Origin: Felis catus
Lineage: Eukaryota
Direction of reading: 5' to 3'
NCBI RefSeq assembly: GCF_018350175.1
Contig: NC_058368.1
Span: 106,270,001 to 106,334,000, forward strand
DNA: 64,000 bases
Position 1 is the first letter of the stretch. The number at the start of each line of letters is the position of its first letter. The notes under the pieces were generated by a model. That model ran no database searches, was not told where the DNA came from, and saw only the letters and a list, made by a program, of their open reading frames with translations. The position numbers were made by a program, and so were the translations under genes. This document shows, one piece after another, positions 39,276 to 52,520 of this stretch.

Positions 39276-40160
39276 GCAACATCTTATTTCTAATAATAGC
39301 CTTTTTAAAAAGGCATTGAGCTTTCTAAATGCCTAATGAGTTAGGATCTAAATGAATTAGTATTGCAATACTAATTCATCTCAAACTCTCCATTGAAGCT
39401 GAAATTTCTCATTATGATTTAACACTTCAAGTATTTTTAAGCAATTTTATTTTTTTTCATGAAGACCTTCCCCCTGAATGTCCTTAAGAATCAGTCATTG
39501 CCCCACCAAATGCCTACAATATTCTGATTTCTATCACTATAGATTAGTTTTGCTCTGAGTTTAATGATCTCACCTTTTATTTAACACTACTATTTTCAGT
39601 CGATTCCTCAGCCCAGACTGGTGTCTGTCTGGATGGACTTCTCCAGAGGGGAAATCTCCAGTATTTGCCTAATGTGTAGCAAGGGCAGGTGCCCAGATGT
39701 ATATCACCCGTGCAGACGTTATCTGTGGGTGTGGCTGCTTGTTTTCCATCCAGGCTTCTACCTTCTTCATTCTTTTTGAAGAATGCTTCCATAACACCTT
39801 AGGGCATTTGTTGTGCCCCACCTATGGACTTTGATGTCAGCCTTCCCCACTCTGCTTAGTCCCATGGCTGTTACCTATTTACTTTGCGGTTTCCAAAATG
39901 ACCTTTCACTCACATTCTCTTTGTTCTTGAGAATTGATCGGTTAAATCTTTCCTTTAAGACTGAGAAGGAACTGAGATAAAGAATGTGATCAATCGATCA
40001 TTTTTAATTCTAAGTGTCAGGGACATTGATTTCTCTGTTTTATTACTGTTGTTGATGTATTATTATTTCTTGTTAAGTTTGTATTTTGGTGAGGATGGAG
40101 GTAGCTCAGTGGGAATCATGGATTTACCATAACTACATTGATAGTATAGTCTGACTCTAA

Positions 40161-41015
40161 TTTTTTGGTAAGGTATAATTGACATTTAACGTTATGTAAG
40201 TTTTAGATGTACAACACAATGATTTAGTATTTGTGTATATTGCAAAATGATCACCAAAATAAGTCTGGTTAATATCCGACATCACAGATAGTTGCACATT
40301 TATTTTTCTTGTGATGGAAACAGATTTACTCTCTTGGCAACTTTGAAATATTCAGCCCAGCATTATTAACTCCATTCACCATGCTGAACATTACACCCCC
40401 ATGACTATTTCATATTTGGAAATTTGTACCTTTTGATCCCCTTCACCCATTTCACCCTTCCCCATTCCCCATTTCTGTTCTCTATATCTGTGAGCTTTGG
40501 GTTTGGGGATTTTTTGGGTTTTGCTTTTGTTTTTAGGTTTCTCATATAAGTGAGATCACATGGTCTTTGTCTTTCTCCTTCTTATTCCACTAAGCATAAC
40601 ACCCTTGAGTCCATCTATGTTGTTGCAAATGGCAATATTTCCCTTTTCTTGGCTGAATAGTAGTCCTGTGTGTGTGTGTACCACTATTTATTGACTGATA
40701 ACATCTGTCAGTAGGCCCTTAGGTTGTTTTGTGTCTTGGGTACTGTAAGTAATGCTGCAGTGAACATGGGGGTGCATATCTTTTTCAGTTAGCATTTTTA
40801 TTTCCTTCAGATAAATACACAGATGTGGAATTGTATGGGATCCTATGGGAGTTTTATTTTTAATTTTTGGAGAAATCTCCATTCCATTTTCCATAGTGGC
40901 TGTATCAATGCACATTCCCACCCACAGTACACAAATGTTTCCTTTTGTCTACATCCTCACTAATACCTGTTATTTCTTATCTTTTTAAAAAATTGCCATT
41001 CTAACAGGTATGAGG
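40161..41015 (-). mobile_element. Old L1 3' end (L1MA/MB-like)
   Basis: Reverse-strand L1 3' UTR and ORF2 end, with degenerate flanks ctctaattttttggtaag and ttctcatttttggtcag. Confidence 0.85.
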
Positions 41016-41737
41016 TTCTCATTTTTGGTCAGTGTATAATTCATGTTACTTAATGTGTTGTATTGTATTGAATGTAGAAGAAAATATAGTTCTGTTTTCT
41101 CTTTCAATTCTAAAATACAAATTAGAAGTAAAATATGAGAATATTATGCATTCAAAAATAATATTTACAAGTAGTTACCATAATATTTGCACTGTCATAT
41201 ATTATAGTGATTAGATGACCTCAGTTTATTGTTTCCCACCTGCTATGTGGTGGGTTTATATGACTACTGCAGTACATAGGTGAAATAGATGTTCTCAGTT
41301 CTCAGGAAGTGAATAAAATGAGAATTATAGTATTATAGTGGTATTCAACCTTTTGTTCCAAGTTATACAGATAGTAAGTAGTAGAGCGGAGAGGATAAAC
41401 TCAGGTACATTTTATAATTCTTTTAAACTATTGCTTGTTTCCTGAAATAAGCTTTCTTCCTTACCTAATCTCTACCAAAATAAGGCTTTCATAATCTGGA
41501 ATGTGGGAAGAGCTTTTACCAGATAGTAAAAGCTGTATTACTCTAGGCCAGTGTTAGTTTCCTTAGCTATTGGATGTGGTTCTGCAACAGAGTTAAGCAT
41601 GATTTGTTTTTAACTTCCCTTCCATTATTGCATATGTGCACCCAACTTCTGGATATTTCCATTTAAGTCATAATAATGAGAGAAAGAGCTGAGAACTAGA
41701 ACGAATCAATTACAAGTCAAATCTTTTCCTCTAACAG

Positions 41738-41932
41738 AGAGAAGGAGAAAAGGATCATCAAGTGCGTTTGGCAGTTGGAAACGGCCTACGGAGTGATGTA
41801 TGGAGGGAATTTTTAGACAGATTTGGAAATATTAAGATGTGTGAGCTTTATGGAGCTACTGAAGGAAACATTTGTTTAATGAATCATTATGGGAAAATTG
41901 GATCCGTTGGGAGAACAAATTTCCTTCACAAA
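41738..41932 (+). CDS. SLC27A6: SLC27A6 coding exon 5 (195 nt)
   Basis: ctaacag|AGA acceptor and AAA|gtaagt donor. Encodes REGEKDHQVRLAVGNGLRSDVWREFLDRFGNIKMCELYGATEGN...TNFLHK, with the YGATEG adenylate-forming motif. Confidence 0.96.
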
Positions 41933-42479
41933 GTAAGTACGGTATTTTCTTTACAAAAGAAATATATTGAGATCTGCTTACTTCTCTTCTAGACTTTTTG
42001 TTTGTGAATTATGGTAAATATTATCACCTTTCTTTTTCCTTTTTTTTGAAGTTGAGAACCTCTATAAAGTCATGGCCTCTAGGTGAACATAGATTATGAA
42101 AATCTTAACCATCTCACATGTTTTCCTCTATAATGTAGGGATAATGATACCTAAGTCTTTTGTTCTGTTTTCAAATGTAACGATGTAATGTATAAACAGC
42201 AAGCAAAGTTTCTAATACATGTTAATTTGACTCTTTTCATTTTGCCTGAGTATTTTCAATGCAGGGTTTCTGCTTACCCTTCATTTTTATATCACTCAAA
42301 AATTATGTACAGGCTTCTACTGAATCACGATACTACTAAAAATCGTAAAAGCTGCCCCAAATCACTTATCTAGGAGTAAACAACTTCCTGCTGATTTCTC
42401 AGTAACAACTGTGGAAGACAAAAGATTGAACAGATGTCTTCAGCTGGTTTGGTGAAAGTAATTGTCAAAATAGAGTTTA

Positions 42480-43600
42480 TAGTCATCGATACGTTTTAAG
42501 GAATAAAAGTGAAAGTAAAGAAAATAGTCTCTAAATTTATAAAGCAAAATGTATCTAAACTCAAGTGGAAATAAATAAGGCTGGAATCATAGTAGGATAT
42601 TATATTATAGCTGTTTCAATGTTTGATAGAAGAAGCCAAAGAAAATCTGCAATGATACAGAATAATGCAATAAAGAAACTACTTGAGCTAATGAATATAT
42701 ATAGGACACTGCCTCTAAAAACTGCAGAATAGGGGCACCTGGGTGGCCCAGTCCATTGAGTGTCCAGCTCTTGGTCTCAGCTTAAGCCTTGATCTCAGGG
42801 TCATAAGTTCAAGCCCCACGTGGGGCTCTGCATGGGGCTCCATACAGGTTGTGGAGCCTACCAAATAATAATAATAATAATAATAATAAATACAAATAAT
42901 TTGAAAAAAACTGCAGAACATCCAAGCCCTTATGTTTCAAGCCCTTATGAAACATTCACAAAGATTACTGGGCCACTTAGGGAATTCCAGCAAATCTCAG
43001 AGGGTTGAATATAGATGATGTTTCCAACAACATTTTAATTCAAGTGGAAATAAATGTTTTAAATGACAGCTAGTTCATCTCCCATATATTTGGAAATAAA
43101 ACATCACTAAGTTTCCAGTGAGTCAACAAAAAAAATAATTGAAGTTAAAAAGTAATTTGAGCTGAATCAAGATGAAAGCATTATATTTCACAATTTTTGG
43201 ACTCACATAAGAATGGTTGAAAATTTGTGAGCTAAATATCCATTTCTGGGGGTTAATTAAAATGCAACTGAGGGGCACCTGGGCGGCTCAGTTAAGCATC
43301 TGACTTCAGCTCAGGTCATGATCTCATGGCTTGTAAGTTCTGTGCTGACAGCTCAGAGCCTGCTTCGGATTCTGTGTGTCCCTCTCTCTCTGCCTCTCCC
43401 CTGCTCACAGTCTTTCTCTCTCTCGAAAATAAATAAACACTTAAAAAGTGTTTTTTAAATACATAAAAAGCAACTGAAATAAACCTAAAGAAAATAAAAA
43501 GAAATAAGTAGTCACGAACATAAATTAAAGAAATATAAAATAAACAGTGAGGAGCATCAAAAGAGATAAGCATATAATTTTTAAAAAGCAGAGAAATAGA
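42480..43600 (+). mobile_element. Old L1 ORF2 5' remnant with two inserted SINECs (42731-42910, 43271-43468)
   Basis: A-rich L1-like sequence. SINE flanking repeats aaaactgcagaa and gcaactga. (TAA)n tail at about 42864-42889. Confidence 0.7.
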
Positions 43601-44539
43601 TTCAAAGCTGATAGAAATTGCTCTGATGTTTGTAACCTTGAGAAGATACAAACTATTTTTATGATGTGCTCTTTGGGATTTTGAGGGTCTTATTGACATC
43701 ACAGACATGCATGTACATTCTGAAAAGTAATTTTGGGAAAATAAGTGCTGACAACTACCGAGGTTTACAACTCCTTCCAGTTAATTTTCTCAACTCATTG
43801 CAATGGTTCCATTAAAAATTTGGTATTCATGTTAAAGCTCTTTAGTGAAGCTGAGTCATTGCAAAGTAATCATCCAACAAGAGCACAATGAAGAAGATTT
43901 GTATTTTACATTACTGGCTTGACTTCATTATAATTTTATAATGTCTTAAATTCCCTGTCAGACTGTAATACTGTCAATAAAGCAAGAAGGCATGGTTGTC
44001 TCCAACTGATTTGGAAAACTTCTGATTTTAAACTTAGGCTCGGTTATGTTTTCAGTTTGGAAATGAAAAACATGGTACCTCATATCATATGAATTCTACC
44101 TTATCTTTTCTCACTTCATTTACATATGAGTTTGTTACAGAGCAGGGAAGCTGAAAAATTTGGACCAATAATTGCTTCATGATCGTGTGGGGAGATTTGA
44201 TAAGTCTGTCTCTCACAAATTTAAACTTCATGGAGGCCTCCTCTCCACTTACTGTCTCAGAAACAAATCAGCCTCCAAAGATGGGATATTAACAGAGAAG
44301 GAAAAAGAAGAGGCATCAACACAGAGCTCCTGTGACCCAAGTGTCCTTCTTGTGTGTCACATTTACCATTTAAACACACACAGCTGATGGGCTCTGTGTG
44401 CCATTTGTGCCCTCAGAGCAAACACTATATTTTGTGACAGTGCCTTTGATGGACGAACCTGCATTTGATAACAGCAACAGACTGGCTTTTCCTTATCCCT
44501 ACACCCAGGGATAACATAATTGGGAAGGAACAAACACAA

Positions 44540-45990
44540 AATCCCTAGAGAAAATAAAACTTGAAAAAAGAGAAAAGATAAATTTTAATAAAAGGTAGCT
44601 GAAAAAATAATATGGATGCACAGAAAATAATAAGCCCTCCGAAATGACCAGGGAATGTTTCCCTTAATTCGCCTTAATTTCAAAAATTGCAATGATAATC
44701 TCTTTAAAAATAAGAGCTCAGGGGTGCCTGGGTGGCTCAGTCTGTTGGGCGTCTGACTTCAGCTCGGGTCATGGTCTCAGGGCTCGTGAGTTTGAGCCCT
44801 GCGTTGGACTCTGTGCTGACGGTCTGGAGACTCAGGGTCTGGAGACTGCTTTGGATGCTGTGTCCCCCCTCCCCTCTCTCTCTCTCTCTCTCTGCCCCTC
44901 CCCTGCTCATGCTCTCTGTCTCCTTCAAAAATAAATAAACATTAAAAAAAATTAAAAAATAAATAAATAAAAATAAGAGCTCAAAAGAGAGGAAAGTTCC
45001 AGGGAAATGTCAATCAACAAAAGGAGTTGGAAAGTAGATAGAGTCAGCTCAAAGAAAAAAAAATAAAAGGGAAGATGAAAGTATTGCACAAATGAACACC
45101 ACTTTATAGGCTGTAACATTGTTAGGGAGCGAGATAGATGGGATTAAGGCATCACACGAACACAATAAAAAGAATAAGCAAATAGGAATACAAAATAAAT
45201 TAGAAAGATTTTGGAAACATAGACAGTTATCTGACATGTGCTAATTGGTGTCCCTGCAGAAAAAGAAAAGTAAAGAGAAGACTCTTATTTGAAACCTAAT
45301 AGAGGAAAACTTCCTTAAAGACTTGAATCTTTAGCAAAAGAGCACATTGCGTTCCAGGAACAAATAACTTAACGCAGGATGATCATCAGAAAAATATATG
45401 CTGTTGAAATTACTGAACACGAATTAAAGATCTCTAAGGAGATGCTGAGGCAGAGAAAACAAAGGTTGTACAAACTGTAGGTTGAAGATGCGAAACAGCT
45501 CAGGCTTCTCTCAAAATGAGGACAAAACACTCAATGCCAGAAAGAAACAAAAAAACAAAGTAATGTATTCACCAAAGAATTTTACTTCTGACCCCATTGT
45601 TCTTTGAGTCTAAAGAGGTGTTCTCAAAAAGTTAAGAAATCAGAGACTATAACACCCATGTATTTACAGGAACGCGATACTTTAGCAAACTCACTTAGTG
45701 AAAATGTCCAGTCATCCTGAAGATAAAACAGAACTTAGAAATGAAGGAATCACCTTCAGTTAACAGGATTGATTGAATCCATTTAAATATAGAAGATTGA
45801 ACAGCTCCAAATTATGTTTATAGATGGAATGGAAGTATAAATCCTGAAAATATAAAAATAATTATAGCACTAACAATGATGGGAATTGGGTGGGAGCAGA
45901 GGCCAAAACACAAGTGCTAATTCTTTCATCTTACATAGTAAGTCCATAAATACAGTGTAAATAAAAGGCTCCTTCACATGTCTTTAAACT
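44540..45990 (+). mobile_element. HAL1/L1 ORF1-like remnant with inserted SINEC (44721-44970)
   Basis: ctaattggtgtccctg...gaaaacttcct...aaagacttgaatct...aagaatttta resembles ORF1-type sequence. SINE TSD aaaataagagctca. Confidence 0.6.
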
Positions 45991-46014
45991 TTTTTATTAT
46001 CTTAAAAGTAGGCA

Positions 46015-46085
46015 TTTTTTTAAGTTTATTTATTTTGAGAGAGAGAGAGAGAGACACAGAGAGAGAGACAGACAGAGACAGAGAC

Positions 46086-46120
<35 letters not shown>

Positions 46121-46273
46121 GAGTGGGGGAGGGGCAGAGAGAGAGACTCCCAAGCAGGCTCCGTGCTGATAGCCCAGAGCCCAGTGCGAGGCTTGATCCC
46201 ACAAACTATGAAATCATGACCTGAGCCAAAACCAAGAGTCAGTTGCTTAACCAACTGAGCCGCCCAGGTGCCC
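46015..46273 (-). mobile_element. SINEC with expanded (GA)n
   Basis: Flanked by taaaagtagg repeats. Confidence 0.9.
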
Positions 46274-46384
46274 TAAAAGTAGGTGTTTTTTATGGACTAG
46301 GAAATTTAGCTAACTATGAAGTTAGGCAATAATCCATACAAGCCCTCCCTTACCTCTGACAGCACTTGTAGTTATGAAGTCCCT

Positions 46385-46960
46385 AAAGCCCCCTTTGGGT
46401 TCAATAATTCACTAAGTACTCACAAAACTCACAGAAAGCTGTTATGCATAATAATTACCATTTATTATATCTAAAGGATCTAAAGGATACAGATTAAAAT
46501 CAGACGGAGGAAGAAGCAATGGGGCAGAATCAGCAGGGCACCAAATGCAAAGGCTTCTACTCCTTTCCTGTGGAGACAGGATGGCATTACTCTCCTGGAA
46601 TTGAGAGGTGACAATGTACATGGAGTATTGCCAGCTAGGGAAACTCACCAGCCTTGACGTCCACAGTTAAATGTAGTTGGCTGCTTCTGGGGCTAACCTC
46701 CATCTCCAATCCCTCAAGAGGTCAAGCTAGGGGACCCAAGGCCCCGCCCCTACATCACATTATCAATGTGTTTCAGACACTAAATCTAACTCGTATTGTC
46801 ACTATCCACATGCCGAACAGCCTGAGGCTAACAAACATACAGTTGGCCATGGCATTGGAGGGGCATAGAGATTATCTGCCAGAAGCTGAGAGTGAAAGCC
46901 AGACCTCCGGTTAACTTCTGCGGTTAAGGTTAAATTCTTTACCTCACAGGGACTGATATC
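46385..46960. mobile_element. MER21-like ERV LTR
   Basis: ggttcaataattcacta...actcacagaaagctgttat...aaggatacagattaaaatcag resembles recalled MER21-family LTRs. Confidence 0.65.
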
Positions 46961-47536
46961 TTTTACACTAAAGAAACACTGTAATTTAACTTGAGCTCCA
47001 TTTTCATTGGCTAAACTCAAGGAAATTTAAATTGGTTTCACTTCCTAAAATGGTATGGTTTCATTTGTCAGAGAGTATATTTTATTAATCAGTTTCCTAC
47101 CTTTCTATCAATTTAAACACATTTGTAATGATGCTCATCAAATGAACTCCTTTATACAGTCTATTAAAATTTTTCAGTATGCCTCACCCTGTGAACCCAA
47201 TGAACACAGTGGACATAGATTCCTGTTGATGTGCAGGTTATATTCTATTGGGGAAGGCAGAAAACAAACAAGATAAACATAACCGATTAACAGAGGCAGT
47301 GAGTTTTGTATTTCCTTTCCAGCTTCTAAATGTACAGATGTGAATAGACAAAAGCATGCAGACATGTATGGGAACTCTGAGGCACTGTCTACAGCCCCCA
47401 GGTGTGTGCTTCACAGTGCTGGGGATCCGTTTACCTAGTCTGTTATGAATGTGATCCCGTGCAGCTCTGCCCTTGACACGCATACCTATACCTGTGTGTG
47501 CGCATATACAATCAGGGGATATTAAAGTGGGGATGT

Positions 47537-47692
47537 GGGGTGCCTGGGTGGCTCAGTCAGTTAAGCGCCTGCCTTCAGCTCGGGTCATGATCTTGCAGTT
47601 CGTGAGTTCCAGCCCCACATTGGGCTTTGCGCTGACAGTGCAGAGCCTGCTTGGGATTCTCTCTTCCTCTCTCTCTGCTCCTCCCCCGCTGT

Positions 47693-47729
<37 letters not shown>

Positions 47730-47762
47730 GAATAAATAAAATAAACTTAAAATTTTTTTTTA
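47537..47762 (+). mobile_element. SINEC
   Basis: Full SINEC, flanked by gtggggat repeats. Confidence 0.9.
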
Positions 47763-48515
47763 AAAGGTGGGGATTTATTTACTTTTATTTGTGTTATTAT
47801 AACACAGCCATTTTTGTAATCGTGTGGAATCTCAAAGGCAAGAAAAAAATAGAAATCCCTCTAGCTGAAACTTAATACTCAGACCCAGACCATCTCAAGA
47901 TGCTGCGATATATTTAAATTTCATTCGTATGATAAAATTACCCAATTTGTGACCTGCAAGTCCCCTGTATGTGACAACAGGCACAGTGGTTTGGTGTAGA
48001 ATGAATCGCATCCATGAATGCGGTTGACCAATTAATCTGAAAGAAACAACACTAATGCTGATATCATCAGCTCCTGAGCAACGTTTTCAAACTATAAAAC
48101 ATGTTAAAGGAGATTGGTAATGAACAAGGGCGCTGTTCCTGTTTGATCAAAATGATAAATGCAGTTCCGGAACTTCTGGAATCTCTCCTTTTACCAGTCA
48201 TTAGGCAAGTGGCCAGAAAGCTGTTATCCCAATTACAGACGAAGACCAACAAGATGCAAGCTTGCCTTTTAATAAAGAATCTTTATGTCTAGAATTACAA
48301 TATATTTTGTTTTGCCTCCTCTCTCATTGACCCACATCTTAAAATGGGATAATATTAATTAAATTATCCCATTAAATTAAATGCTGTTCTTAAGCTTGTA
48401 GCAGTGTCTGACATGCAGTAGGCACTCAATCAACATGAGTTGGTGTCAGTTATATTCATCACAAGTAATGAATTGTGATTCTAATTACATGTGGATTTTA
48501 CTGACATTAAAAATA

Positions 48516-49000
48516 GGGGTGCCTGGGTGGCTCAGTCAGTTAAGCTTCCGGCTCCTGACTTTGGCTTAGATCATGACCTCATGGTGTCATGAGTTTGAGC
48601 CCTACATCAGGTTCTATGCTGGCAGCACAGAGCCTGCTTGGGATTCTCTCTCTCTCCCTCTCTCTCTGCCTCTCCCCAGCTCGTGTGCTTTATTTCTCAC
48701 TCTCTCAAAATAAATAAATAAACTTAAAAAACAAAAACAAATGTTTGTGTCTAGTCTTCAATGATAAATAATACATTTATCTCGGGGTGCCTGAGTGCCT
48801 CAGTCCGTTAAGCATTCAACTTTGGCTCTGGTCATGATCTCATGGTTTATGAGTTTGAGCCCTGTGTCAGCCTCTGTGCTGACAGCTCAGAGCTGGAGCC
48901 TGCTTTGGCTTCTGTGTGTGTCTCTCTCTGTCCCTCCCCTGCTTGTGTGTGTGTATTCTCTCTCTCTGAAAAGTAAATAAACATTAAAAAAATTTTTTTG
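48516..49000 (+). mobile_element. Two adjacent SINECs (48516-48740, 48784-49000)
   Basis: Two heads and two tails. The second is flanked by taaataatacattta-like repeats. Confidence 0.9.
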
Positions 49001-49614
49001 TAAATAATACATTTACCTCACTAATTTTATTAATCTTTTCCCACTTACTTGTTCTATATTTGTTCATTTTGTTTCTCCTCCTCTTGGTCTCTGTCTTCTC
49101 TGTGTCCTTATTATTTTTTCTTACCTCCTTTTATTATCTCCATCTTAGCTTACCATTTTCTAGTTCCCTTAATAAGATTGTTTAATGGATCAGGAAAACC
49201 TCAGTTTCCTTATATATAAAATAAATGAGTTGGATTGAACCACTCTACAGTTTTCTCCCAGGGTCACACGTTAGTGGATTGTGAATCCGCATGGCATGGT
49301 AACATGGACGTTACAAGAGCAGAGTAGCTGAAAATATTTGGGGACAAAGAGAGATGTCCAATTAGCTTGCTTCCCAATCTGGTGAGTGTGTTCTACCAAT
49401 TTACCATCTCATAGCACATGAGTGCACAGAGGTACCAAGTTAGTTTAGGGACATTAAGGTGAAAGGCCTAGGGAAAAAGTTCAAAGTCCATGTCAAACAA
49501 GTATTTTTTATGCATCTGATCCCTCCCTTTTCAAGGGATTGTAAATTTAAAGTAGACAACAAAATCCTTGCATTCACATAGTTGACATTTTAGTTCTATT
49601 AAAACTTTTATTTC

Positions 49615-49837
49615 GGGGCGCCTGGGTGGCGCAGTCGGTTAAGCGTCCGACTTCAGCTAGGTCACGATCTCACGGTCCGGGAGTTTGAGCCCCGCATCAG
49701 GCTCTGGGCTGATGGCTCGGAGCCTGGAGCCTGTTTCCGATTCTGTGTCTCCCTCTCTCTCTGCCCCTCCCCCGTTCATGCTCTGTCTCTCTCTGTCCCA
49801 AAAATAAATAAACGTTGAAAAAAAAAATTAAAAAAAA
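49615..49837 (+). mobile_element. Young SINEC_Fc with perfect 14-bp TSD
   Basis: TSD aaaacttttatttc at 49601-49614 and 49838-49851. Confidence 0.95.
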
Positions 49838-50216
49838 AAAACTTTTATTTCAAAGGCTGTTTCTGAATGATTTCTGAAGGAGAAGGCAAGAAGTGTTCCT
49901 CTTACCTGGAGTTAGTAGAATATGTAATTGAGGAATAAAGAATAAAATTAACATTTTCCTAAGATAATGTACAACATAAAATGAAATTGAAGTAAATACC
50001 AGTATACAAGTGCTATTTACTATTGCCTTCAGTTTTGAGTTTCAAATACATAGTTAATTTTTTATCAGTAAAGATGACTTATAGTAATAAATCTACATTC
50101 TCATTCTTTATTTCAACTGACAGAACAAAAAGTCCATAACCGGTAGATGTCACTGCACAAATGAATATTTTGTTGTTGTTTTTGTCTTTATTGTGTGTTT
50201 AATTTTGTTTTGGCAG

Positions 50217-50307
50217 CTTTTATTCACTTTTGACTTGATAAAGTATGATGTTCAGAAAGATGAACCCATTAGAAATGAACAGGGCTGGTGTACTCCTGTG
50301 AAAAAAG
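50217..50307 (+). CDS. SLC27A6: SLC27A6 coding exon 6 (91 nt)
   Basis: tggcag|CTT acceptor and AAAG|gtaaga donor. Encodes LLFTFDLIKYDVQKDEPIRNEQGWCTPVKK(G). Confidence 0.95.
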
Positions 50308-50530
50308 GTAAGATTCTTGTGTTTGACCACGTCCCCTCAGGCAATGTTTCTGAGTTTCTGTTTAATTACTACTGAATTTAGAATGAATGGCTTTTACTAA
50401 TATGTGATGAGACTTGTTTGGAATTTCAGTGCAGGGAGAAGAGTTTAATTATTAGATGTTAGGGATCCCAGATGGGTCACTCAGTAAGATATTGAAATTT
50501 AGAACACATTACTATTGCGCTCATATTTCC

Positions 50531-50705
50531 TTTTTTAAAAAATGTTTATTTTGAGAGAAAGAGAGAGAGCAAGCAGAGGAGTGGCAGAGAGAGAAGGAGA
50601 GAGAGTGGAGCCTGACAAAGGGCTCAGTCTTACTACTGTGAGATCATGACCTAAGCTGAAATCAAGAGTTGGATGCTTAACCAATTGAGCCATGCAGGCA
50701 CTCCT
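50531..50705 (-). mobile_element. Older SINEC
   Basis: Diverged SINEC head and tail. Confidence 0.85.
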
Positions 50706-51504
50706 GGGCTTATATTTTTCTCAGTCCACCATGTCTAGCTGTAATAGTGGCACTAATGTCCCATATGACTAAGATATAATATGAAAAACAATGCCCTAGT
50801 TATCATTCTAGGTATCATGGAAAGTCAGGCAGACTTCGATTTAAATGTGGGCTCTCATGCTTAGAAACTGTCCAACTCTGGGCAGGCCACTCAGGCTGAG
50901 ATTATTTTCTTCATATGTAGAGTAGAGGTGACAATATTTATTTATGAGGTTATTGTTCACAATTACATGAGATGATAGATGTAGAACCCTACTGAGAGCC
51001 TGGCATGTGGCTTGCTACCTCCCCACTTCTCTTCTCCCTCTCGCTTCCCTCCTCCCCCAAGGAGGACTTTATGATGATTTTTGGTTAGACATGTTAATAA
51101 AAGCAAGTGCCCCAATTAACTTGCTACTGCATATAATCAGTCTAGGAATTTAAATGTAGATATGTGCATTTGGAGTTGTTTAGACATTCAGTCTGAATAA
51201 ATCAGGCCAAAATTACTTTTTGCCGCCTCAGAATATGCTTGGACTACATTTCAGAGATGATTTCATTTAAATTGTTACTTTACTTCAAATGTGGAGATAA
51301 AGGTTGCAAGCCTGGTCGGTTGGTTTGTTCTGGTAGCTGAAAGCTTAGGAAGAATATAAGCATTATCTATTAAAACACAAATTTCCTTCTCCTCTGAATT
51401 TCAAGCCTAAGGGCATCTATAAAATATCTTTCCCTAATGCAACTCTATAAGTTGTGTCCAAGAAAAAAAGCCATTTCTAAACTCTACACACACTTAACTA
51501 GTGT

Positions 51505-51640
51505 GTTTTGTTTTATTTTATTTATTTATTTTACAATTTTATTTGTTTAAGTAATCTCTATACCCAACCTGGGACTCAAACTCACAACCTCAAGATTATG
51601 AGTCACACGCTCTACCGACCAAGCCAGCCAAGCACTCCTG
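51505..51640 (-). mobile_element. Short old SINEC (tRNA head plus tail)
   Basis: gtaatctctatacccaacctgggactcaaactcacaac... matches short carnivore SINEs. Confidence 0.8.
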
Positions 51641-52520
51641 GTGTATTTTACTTATTACAATTACAATCATATCCGACATTGGAACTTGAATCCCAGAACT
51701 GCTTATGTAAACTCAGGGTTTTTTAAAAAGCAGATTGTCCCCAAACATCTGCTTTAGTGTTTTGCAATTCTCATTATGAATTACTCAGTATTTTTTTCTA
51801 TTAATGGTATTTTGCCTTGCATACATTTGCCTAGAACAGATAGAAGAAACACTATGATCTTTTTAAGCATTTGTAATAATTAATTGTCAGGGAAGAAACT
51901 ATAAGCCTGTGTCTCGAAGAAAAAAAGAAGAACATAAATTCTAAGGGAAATAAGAGAAGCTTGGAAATTTCTGAAATAGAGGATATGTAGACTGAAGGAA
52001 TATGTGACGGAAGACAGGCTTAGAAGTCAGATGAACCTGGTTAAAAAAAACCATCTCCAACATTTGGCAAATATGTGACACTGGGCAAGTTACTTTCTCT
52101 TTCTTGGTTTCTTCACCTCTAAAATGGAGATAATATGAGGGCTTGTGTTATAGGTTTGTGGTGAGACTCAAATGGGATACATAAAATAAAGTGCTCAGAA
52201 TATCGACTGGTACCCAGAAAATGCTCAGAAAGTGTAGCAATGGCCATGATGATGATGACAACGATGATGATGGAGATGTCAGTGATGACAGTGACAACCA
52301 GGAGCCTTTTCTGTAGTAGAGCAGGCATGGCTTTGCCACTGGTGTATATCTTTGGAAGCCAGGATGTCCAGAATGAGTGGAAGCAATGAGAGTTGAATAG
52401 AGAATGTTAAAATGATACAAATCACTCTACAATGTGCTGGAATTAACCCCATCTAATCAATCATGTGGATGTTGCCTCTCTTCACAGGAAGTCAACAATG
52501 GCCTTAGAATGTTCTGGGAC

